Below are positions 57,680-64,000 of a stretch of DNA of 64,000 nt, one piece after another (positions within the stretch are counted from its first letter, which is position 1; each line of letters begins with the position of its first letter). Source of the DNA: Candidatus Omnitrophota bacterium (GTDB lineage: Bacteria; Omnitrophota; Omnitrophia; Omnitrophales; JACROU01); NCBI GenBank assembly GCA_029261035.1, contig JAJDCD010000008.1, positions 364,480 to 428,479 on the forward strand, given 5' to 3'. The translations under genes and the position numbers were made by a program. A model generated the notes under the pieces. That model did not search any database and was not told the DNA's origin. It was given only the letters and a program-made list of their open reading frames with translations.

Positions 57680-58228
57680 TTAGGGGCTATTTGGCATTTC
57701 AAGCTTGTCCAATATTTCACGAAATCTAGCTAGCTGTAACCTCTCATCACCCAGTTTTACAATTTCAAGTAATCGACGGAGATGAAAATGTTTGACAATT
57801 TGAGGAAAGGGATTTTTTGTGAGAACTTCACGTATCCCCTGAGGAAGATTTAGGATTCGCAGAAGCTTAGCGATATAGGACCAATCCTCCCCTGTCATCT
57901 CAGCTAATTGGCGGATACTTGAAGCACCTGTTGACTCCATCAATCGCTTGAAATATTCAGCTTTTTTTATGGGATTATTCTCAAGGCGCTTTTGAAAAAT
58001 TCTGTGTTTTTGAAGATCTTTTTGGGTGGGAATCAAGCCGGTTTTAAGGCTATTTGGTCGGTCCTCAAGAACAAAAACTCTTTTACCTGACTTGTAAATG
58101 CTATAGAATGATTCAAAATAATCAAACGAACGGGAAATCGCTACTTGGGAAATTAGTTCGTCGAGCGTCCGAGTGGGGACCCCATATAAAAAAAGCCATC
58201 CAAAACGGATGGCTTTTTTTATGCCCAT
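57680..58228 (-). CDS. HTH protein with ParB/KorB-like C-terminal region (N-terminus uncertain, possibly truncated)
   Basis: SIRQLAEMTGEDWSYIAKLLRILNLPQGIREVL. The listed ATG start translates the terminator hairpin, so the true 5' end is unclear. Confidence 0.35.
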   Translation of the reverse strand: MGIKKAIRFGWLFLYGVPTRTLDELISQVAISRSFDYFESFYSIYKSGKRVFVLEDRPNSLKTGLIPTQKDLQKHRIFQKRLENNPIKKAEYFKRLMESTGASSIRQLAEMTGEDWSYIAKLLRILNLPQGIREVLTKNPFPQIVKHFHLRRLLEIVKLGDERLQLARFREILDKLEMPNSP

Positions 58229-59060
58229 GGTGAGCGACGGGACTTGAAAAGAGGCCCGACCAGTTTATATAAGATGAAATAAAAATAGAGCTGACTCAAT
58301 GTCAGGTCTCTTTTCATTGAATTCCTTAGGAGGGCCGAATGGCCGACCTGGAGTAAGTACTTACGACCAGTAAGTAACGAACGTAAGGCGCCAAGTCCCT
58401 CGACTGAGAAACCTTAGCAATTCCAAACCAATTCAACATTCAACAACTGACCCCCAAAATGCAAACTCAAATGTTGGATTGTGTTCATATCGTGTTGATG
58501 AACACTTAAGGAATTATGCTGCTCGTGCTATGGCTAAATCCGCTTCATGGGATTGAACTAGGGCTAATAAAGCTTCCCCTACCGCAGAGAAGAATCCATC
58601 TACTTTCCTTAATCCGTATTTCGTCAGGAAGGCTAATGGGTTCTCTGATTGAGTGTAGAGTAAAGCTACTCCTAAAAGCCCATTCTCTTCGTTTGGATAT
58701 CTAAACTTATTGTCTCCGACTAATGTGAAGTCTTCTGCTGGATCAATGGTTCGAGATAAATGAAGATTATGTTGGGCTTTACGTATTCCCTTTGCAGCCT
58801 CTCTCGCATTTTGTGGAGTGAAGTGTATGTTTGGTAGATTAAGCAATGGTTGTTTATCATACGAACCTGCATTAGTAACCACCACTTGTAACTGCTTTGG
58901 ATTCCTCGCTGCTAGTTTGAAGATTTCATCCAGTTGAGCACGAGAGAAGTTGTCTATGTCACGTCCGATGAAAACATTTATGGATTCTTTTAGGTTGTCT
59001 AGGACAGAAACATTTACAGAACCCAAACTCTTCGCATCGGCTTCATCTTCTGTTCCCAAT
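58179..59060 (-). repeat. ~0.9-kb duplicated block, copy A (C-terminal domain coding region + 3' UTR + terminator)
   Basis: Aligns with 62130..62960 at roughly 85-95% nt identity. Confidence 0.7.
58187..58220. terminator. bidirectional intrinsic terminator (A7-GCCATCC-aaaac-GGATGGC-T7)
   Basis: Read directly; 3' of the WD40 gene. Confidence 0.65.
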
Positions 59061-61861
59061 GATGCCCCACTCACTCTCTCTGGAAACACTTCATTAGGGA
59101 ATAAACCTTGTTCGTATTCTGTGAAAGCAGGATCAATGTTGGCGTACAAGACGCGAACGGTTCCGTCGTTGCCTACAGTCACAAACTTTTTTTGATCAGG
59201 AGTTATAACAACATCTTGAATTCCTCCACTATGTCCTTCTAGTCGTTGGCGCTCTTCTCCTGTCTGGATATCCCACATCCGTAGAGTTCCATCTCGATAC
59301 CCTGTTACAATCTGTTGCCCATCAGGAGTGATGGTTAGAACATCATCAACAAATCCACCATCCTCTTCAATATCACGATGCCCTCTAAACATCAGAAGCC
59401 GTTCCCCTGTATTTATATCCCAAACTCGAACAATTCCATCTTCACTGCTGGTTACAACCTTCTTGCTATCCGGGGTAATCGTAATGACCGTTACACTATC
59501 TGCTTCTTGCATAGGATTTAGATCAAAACCAGGAATTCGTTGTTGGGTTTCTGTATCCCACACTTCTAAACGTCGGCCTTCATCCATAAAATTAAGGCTC
59601 GTCAAAGCCATTCGTTTGTTATCAGGGCTTAAAGCAACAAAGGCTGCAGACGGGATTGCTTCTGATTCAATCATATAAAGACTCTCTTGGGTTTTCCAAT
59701 CCAAAACTTGCACTCTTGTTACCCATTCTCCTACGAGATCATTAGGAGCTGGTTCACTAATGACAAGATAACGTATAAACAAGCTCCCATCCCGACTAAA
59801 AGGTGTACTTCGATAAAATATCTCATGCGGTGTAGATGGTGATACTGTTAATGATTCAAAAGGTGTCCAAAACAAAGTGTTAATTCCTTGATTCTGGGAT
59901 ATTAAAACTTTATTTCCATCAGGAGTAAAATAAGCAGCATCAGCATCAGAAGCGGATGCTGTTCTTTTTCCCGTTAACATGTCCCAAATAGTAACCCTTT
60001 GATCTAACCCTATAGTCACAATTTGACTTCCATCTGGATGAATTGAAACTCTGTCTAGTGGACTTCCATAATTTGCTACTACCCGACTCCTTAACCTTTC
60101 TCCATCCCAACTGTAAAGACTATCTATCACCCTATTTAAGCTCGGCAAATCCTCTCTTTCGAGAACTGCTTTCACACCACCCGCTCTTCCCACTGCTGCT
60201 AATAATGCCTTTAAATCTTCCTCATCTTCATGCGCTCCATATTGCTTCAGTGCTGCTTTAACTTTGTCTCTATCTGTCCCCAAACTCTTTGCATCGACTT
60301 CATCTTCTTCTGTCACAACTCCACCTTGAGCTGTTGTCTCCCATCCTTCTTTCAACCGATCCAGCTGTGTCAAAACTCGTTCTAGGCCAATAGCATCAAT
60401 GCTCTCTAAAACCTCTAAAACCTCTGGGGTGTGTTTGTGGGGAACGTAATATTCTTCTGTTGTACCATTAGTTAATTTAAATACTTTATCAAGTTTTCGA
60501 TAAAACTCCTCTTTTGCATCCTCACTTAGCTCTTCATATTTTCTAAAAACATCATCAATCCTATCTAGCTGCTCTTTTACTCCTTGCTTAGAATCAATCC
60601 CTAAAGAAAGTATTATCGGAACAAAAAGAGATGCTTCTGCTTCTTCAAAAAATCTCATGCTCCAATTTCTTACAAACCTCTGATAGTCTTCATCATTATT
60701 TTCGGCTACCATCTCCAATGTAAGATCTAATTTCTCCCAAAAAGCTATAAAATGCCCTCCCCAATCCTCACCACCACCCCCCTCTAGAACAAGGTTTTCA
60801 ATAAAGGCTATAAAAAAATTAAGATTAAAAGTAGAAGGAGCTAACACTCCAAATCTCACAGCCCTAGTTAAAGAAATAAGAGGATCGTAATGACTACCGC
60901 CAACCTGATTTACTCGACTAGCGTAATAAAAAAACATTGTTTCCATCATCTCTCCATCTATCACTCCTGCTTGAACAGCTTTCCCTAAACTTAGAAGAGG
61001 ATCGAAATAAATATAAAATTCATGGTTAGCATCAGCATTTACAATACTACGGTCTAATAACTTACCTAACACTGAAGGGTCTGCTTCTCTATCTCTAACT
61101 GCTTCTATTAACCTTCTCAGAGATTCAAAATCTTCATCGCTCCCCCCCGTCGTGAAACCATGCGTAATTTTTAAAAAGCGCTCGACATCAAGTAAACTTT
61201 TGTCAGCACCACCCTCTTTAACTGCCTGGGCAACAATCACTAAAAAACCAGAGATCTTCTCTAAATATCTACCCTCCTCCCTCCACTTTACATAACTAGT
61301 ATTCGTTTCTGATACAGCTTTTAACAACGCAACAACGTCTTCTGTGGTCTGACCCGTCACATCCTTCAATTCCATTAATAATTCAAATGCTTCAAAAGCA
61401 TTTGCTGTTTCACTTAAAATCTGAAGTACTTCTTTCTGGCTAATATTATACGACTCGCTAATAAATTTCCTCATTTCACCTGCCACTGCATCCTTAAAGA
61501 AATCACCCAATTCTTCATTACGAAGTAATAGAGTTAATGATTGTATTATTTGCGCATTAGTACGGCCTGCCCTTATAAGTTTTTGTATATATTCAAAAAT
61601 CAACGCAGTGTCTTTCCCAGACTTCATTTGTTTTTCCAAATCTACCAAATCCCTGTCTGTCCCCAAACTCTTAGCATCTGCGTAATCTGGCTGCTCAGCA
61701 TCCCTACCTTCTAATAATGCTTCTTCGTAAATAGATTGTGGTCTTGCTGCATACAAAGGAGTGGCATATTCAAAGATATTAAAAAGTGTGAAGAAAATGG
61801 ACAGTAAAATAGTAGTGTTTTTGTGGAATATAGGTAATCCTGGTTTAGACTGACACTTCAT
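58514..61861 (-). CDS. large secreted multi-domain protein: signal peptide, helical domain, WD40 beta-propeller, conserved ~175-aa C-terminal domain of unknown function
   Basis: WD40 repeats (e.g. GHSGGIQDVV..., DGTLRMWD, DGIVRVWD). N-terminal hydrophobic segment. C-terminal domain shared with the 62415.. gene. Confidence 0.8.
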   Translation of the reverse strand: MKCQSKPGLPIFHKNTTILLSIFFTLFNIFEYATPLYAARPQSIYEEALLEGRDAEQPDYADAKSLGTDRDLVDLEKQMKSGKDTALIFEYIQKLIRAGRTNAQIIQSLTLLLRNEELGDFFKDAVAGEMRKFISESYNISQKEVLQILSETANAFEAFELLMELKDVTGQTTEDVVALLKAVSETNTSYVKWREEGRYLEKISGFLVIVAQAVKEGGADKSLLDVERFLKITHGFTTGGSDEDFESLRRLIEAVRDREADPSVLGKLLDRSIVNADANHEFYIYFDPLLSLGKAVQAGVIDGEMMETMFFYYASRVNQVGGSHYDPLISLTRAVRFGVLAPSTFNLNFFIAFIENLVLEGGGGEDWGGHFIAFWEKLDLTLEMVAENNDEDYQRFVRNWSMRFFEEAEASLFVPIILSLGIDSKQGVKEQLDRIDDVFRKYEELSEDAKEEFYRKLDKVFKLTNGTTEEYYVPHKHTPEVLEVLESIDAIGLERVLTQLDRLKEGWETTAQGGVVTEEDEVDAKSLGTDRDKVKAALKQYGAHEDEEDLKALLAAVGRAGGVKAVLEREDLPSLNRVIDSLYSWDGERLRSRVVANYGSPLDRVSIHPDGSQIVTIGLDQRVTIWDMLTGKRTASASDADAAYFTPDGNKVLISQNQGINTLFWTPFESLTVSPSTPHEIFYRSTPFSRDGSLFIRYLVISEPAPNDLVGEWVTRVQVLDWKTQESLYMIESEAIPSAAFVALSPDNKRMALTSLNFMDEGRRLEVWDTETQQRIPGFDLNPMQEADSVTVITITPDSKKVVTSSEDGIVRVWDINTGERLLMFRGHRDIEEDGGFVDDVLTITPDGQQIVTGYRDGTLRMWDIQTGEERQRLEGHSGGIQDVVITPDQKKFVTVGNDGTVRVLYANIDPAFTEYEQGLFPNEVFPERVSGASLGTEDEADAKSLGSVNVSVLDNLKESINVFIGRDIDNFSRAQLDEIFKLAARNPKQLQVVVTNAGSYDKQPLLNLPNIHFTPQNAREAAKGIRKAQHNLHLSRTIDPAEDFTLVGDNKFRYPNEENGLLGVALLYTQSENPLAFLTKYGLRKVDGFFSAVGEALLALVQSHEADLAIARAA

Positions 61862-62129
61862 TTAGACAAAGTCCCCTTTGGGTAAAGGATACCATATTAA
61901 ATTATATTGTAGAAATACCCAAAAATTACCCGCCGCGTGAGAGTCTGCCTAGTATACCCACTACCCCCGGGGTACCCCCGAAAGCAAGTTTGATAAGAAT
62001 TGTAAGGTCTGAAATAAAAGGGCTTATTAGGTCTATTAGGAGGCTAAAACGGGTATGTTCATAGGGATACTTAAGGAAAATTGTTTTAAGCTACGTTGAG
62101 GAAATAGGTTCTAAGTTCATCTAGACAGT

Positions 62130-62960
62130 GACCCCATATAAAAAAAGCCATCCAAAACGGATGGCTATTTTTATGCCCATGGTAAGCGACGGGACTTGAA
62201 AAGAACGACGCCAAGTTTATCACGCTGAAATAAATAAGGAGCTGACTCAATGTCAGGTCTTTATTTATTGAAGTCATTACAAGGAGTGAATGGCCGACCT
62301 GGAGTAAGTACTTGCGACCAGCAAGTAACGAACGTAAGGCGCCAAGTCCTCGACTAGAGAAGCTTTAGCACTCTTAAATTACACCCAGCAAACTATTAAA
62401 CTTCTAATTAAAAACTACGCCGCTCGTGCTATAGCTAAATCTGCTTCGTGGGATTGAACTAAGGCTAACAAAGCCTCCCCTACTGCTGAGAAGAATCCAT
62501 CTACTTTTCTTAATCCATACTTCGTTAGGAAGGCAATCTGATTATCTGATTGAGTGTAGAGCAAAGCTACTCCTAAGAGGCCATTCTCTTCGTCTGGATA
62601 TCTAAACTTGTTGTCTCCAACTAATGTGAAGTCATCTGAGGGATTTATTGTCTTGGACAGATGAAGGTTATGCTGAGCTTTCCGTATTCCTTTTGCTGCT
62701 TCTTTCGCACTCCGTGGGGTGAAGTGTATATTTGGCAGATTCAGTAATGGATGTTTATCATAGGATGGCGCATTAGTAACCACCACTTGTAACTGCTTTG
62801 GATTCCTTGCTGCTAGTTTGAAGATTTCATCTAGTTGAGCTTGTGAGAAATTATTGATGTCACCACCATGAACAAATATATTTGTGGATTGTTTTAATCT
62901 ATCTAAGACAGAAACATCTACAGCTCCCAAACTCTGTGCATCTACTTCTTCTATTGGAAC
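62130..62960 (-). repeat. ~0.9-kb duplicated block, copy B
   Basis: See copy A; includes terminator hairpin 62146..62164. Confidence 0.7.
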
Positions 62961-63986
62961 CTCTGATGCCCCTAAACTTGCCGCCACAATTACTTGGCCA
63001 TCTGTCACACTTCCTTGCCAACGAGCAGTTCCATCATCAAAAACAACCTCTAAGTCTTTCCTTACCCCATCCCGAAGTTTTCCTGCATTATTTGGATCTT
63101 GAAATAACTCTTTTATTTCTTCTTCAGTTACAGACGTTCTTCTTAGAATTAAGCTTCTTAATTCCTTCAACTCTGACAATTCCACTAATTCACGAATATC
63201 CTCATTTCCTGTTAAATCAAGTACTTTTAATCCCTTTATCTGAACTAGTTGTGGAATAGCTAAATAACTTTCTAATTCTGCATCTTTAGCGATTAGCTCT
63301 TCTAATTTTGGAAGACGGGATAATCTACCATACTCTGTCATGTATTTATTTCCACTCAAATTAAGTTTCCTCAAACTTTTAATTTCTATAAGTTCATCCA
63401 GATTATCATTAGTGGCATCAAATGTAAGTGATATATTTAACTCTTCTAATTTTGAAAGTTTCGATAAACCTATAAAGGAGGGGCTATAAAAACCGAGATC
63501 TTCATCCATGTCCATGTCCACATCATCAATATAAAGATTCTCTGTCTGCATATAAAGCACTTCTTCTAAAGAGAGTTTTTTCAAACTTTTAATGTTCCCA
63601 ATATCATCGATAGACGGCTTTCCAAGTGTAGAATTGTTTAAGTCTAAAGTTTCTAAACCTGGAATAGTAGATAGAGCTCCTAATTCAGTAAAGCTACTCA
63701 ATTCTAAAGTGAGTTTTTTCAAGCCCTTATTTTCTGCTATTTGAGCAACAACTGTAGGATCACTTATATTTTCTCCTATCAACTCCTCCAATTGAATTGG
63801 TGCTAAAGAACCAATGTCAAATGTTGGGTTTCCCACATATAAAGTACCCTTTACACCAAATGTCTTTCCCTCTATTTCTATCTTATACATTGCTCCGGAA
63901 GTAAGTTCATCTACTTGATTCACCACCCTTTTTTCATGTTCTTCAAAAAAAGAAGTCGCAAAAGGAGAAATATCTTCGTTGCTCAC
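62415..63986 (-). CDS. leucine-rich-repeat protein with the same conserved C-terminal domain (5' end probably beyond the window)
   Basis: LRR units (LKKLTLELSSF, LETLDLNNS, LKKLSLEE, LEELNISL, LRKLNLSGN, LKVLDLTGN). C-terminal 180 aa ~85% identical to the WD40 protein. No in-frame stop upstream before the window end. Confidence 0.75.
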   Translation of the reverse strand: MSNEDISPFATSFFEEHEKRVVNQVDELTSGAMYKIEIEGKTFGVKGTLYVGNPTFDIGSLAPIQLEELIGENISDPTVVAQIAENKGLKKLTLELSSFTELGALSTIPGLETLDLNNSTLGKPSIDDIGNIKSLKKLSLEEVLYMQTENLYIDDVDMDMDEDLGFYSPSFIGLSKLSKLEELNISLTFDATNDNLDELIEIKSLRKLNLSGNKYMTEYGRLSRLPKLEELIAKDAELESYLAIPQLVQIKGLKVLDLTGNEDIRELVELSELKELRSLILRRTSVTEEEIKELFQDPNNAGKLRDGVRKDLEVVFDDGTARWQGSVTDGQVIVAASLGASEVPIEEVDAQSLGAVDVSVLDRLKQSTNIFVHGGDINNFSQAQLDEIFKLAARNPKQLQVVVTNAPSYDKHPLLNLPNIHFTPRSAKEAAKGIRKAQHNLHLSKTINPSDDFTLVGDNKFRYPDEENGLLGVALLYTQSDNQIAFLTKYGLRKVDGFFSAVGEALLALVQSHEADLAIARAA

Positions 63987-64000
63987 AAATCTAATGAAAG

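Noticed and set aside
57680-58228. Calling a full-length ParB partition gene
   Set aside because: The annotated N-terminus is a translated terminator hairpin and no ParB N-terminal GERRxRA-type motif is visible. Reported instead as an uncertain, possibly truncated HTH gene.
59030-60310. Interpretation of EDEVD-A / EDEAD-A as caspase-type cleavage sites
   Set aside because: Bacterial caspase-like proteases generally cleave after Arg/Lys. No protease gene is adjacent. Retained only as a low-weight alternative within the junction-motif finding.
1-64000. CRISPR arrays / rRNA genes
   Set aside because: No regularly spaced direct repeats and no rRNA-like conserved blocks anywhere in the window.

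Overview
Nearly every gene in this 64 kb window (roughly 40% GC) is on the minus strand. It reads as a mosaic accessory region from a Gram-negative bacterium, in four parts.

(1) 1..~11.5 kb looks like the leading/transfer end of an integrative-conjugative element. It carries a TraD/TraG-type coupling protein, a replication-relaxation family protein, DUF932, and three PC4/YdbC-like ssDNA-binding domains in two genes. It also carries a string of small unidirectional genes with very strong SD sites. Embedded in it is a complete four-gene ubiquitin-like conjugation module: a ThiS/MoaD-like Ubl, an E2-like protein, a ThiF/MoeB-type E1 and a JAB/MPN peptidase. This is Bil/Bub-type antiviral (or counter-defence) machinery.

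(2) ~14.3..52.2 kb is a very large metal-homeostasis island. It holds a Cu P-type ATPase with double CPxHPE..CPKCGM metal-binding domains, a K+ channel, DUF2231 and YHS/His-rich periplasmic proteins, and an extended CusCBA with a ~230-aa insertion in the pump. It also holds CsoR, ArsC, ACR3, MerR, ArsR, an ECF sigma/anti-sigma pair, Lgt, a second P1B ATPase, a TPR protein, DUF2490, an orphan adaptor protein, a P-II protein and CzcCBA. Three small CzcI-like secreted Cys proteins each sit upstream of an RND locus. The island ends with bacterioferritin-like and FTR1 genes, TonB-ExbBD, a TonB-dependent receptor, Fur, and a Cys-rich/MerC-like/thioredoxin/MerR module.

(3) 52.5..57.5 kb is an intact QatABCD defence operon (KAP-NTPase, QatB, QueC-like, TatD), translationally coupled.

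(4) 57.7..64 kb has two giant paralogous repeat proteins, one WD40 and one LRR. They share a ~175-aa C-terminal domain of unknown function. The shared 3' UTR is duplicated with compensatory stem mutations, and a recurring D-AKSLG junction motif marks the module boundaries.

No rRNA, tRNA or CRISPR was found. Several repeated regulatory-looking elements are reported: a ~110-nt conserved leader placed upstream of two different genes, terminator hairpins, an Ubl-E2 intergenic attenuator, and a candidate oriT-like inverted repeat.
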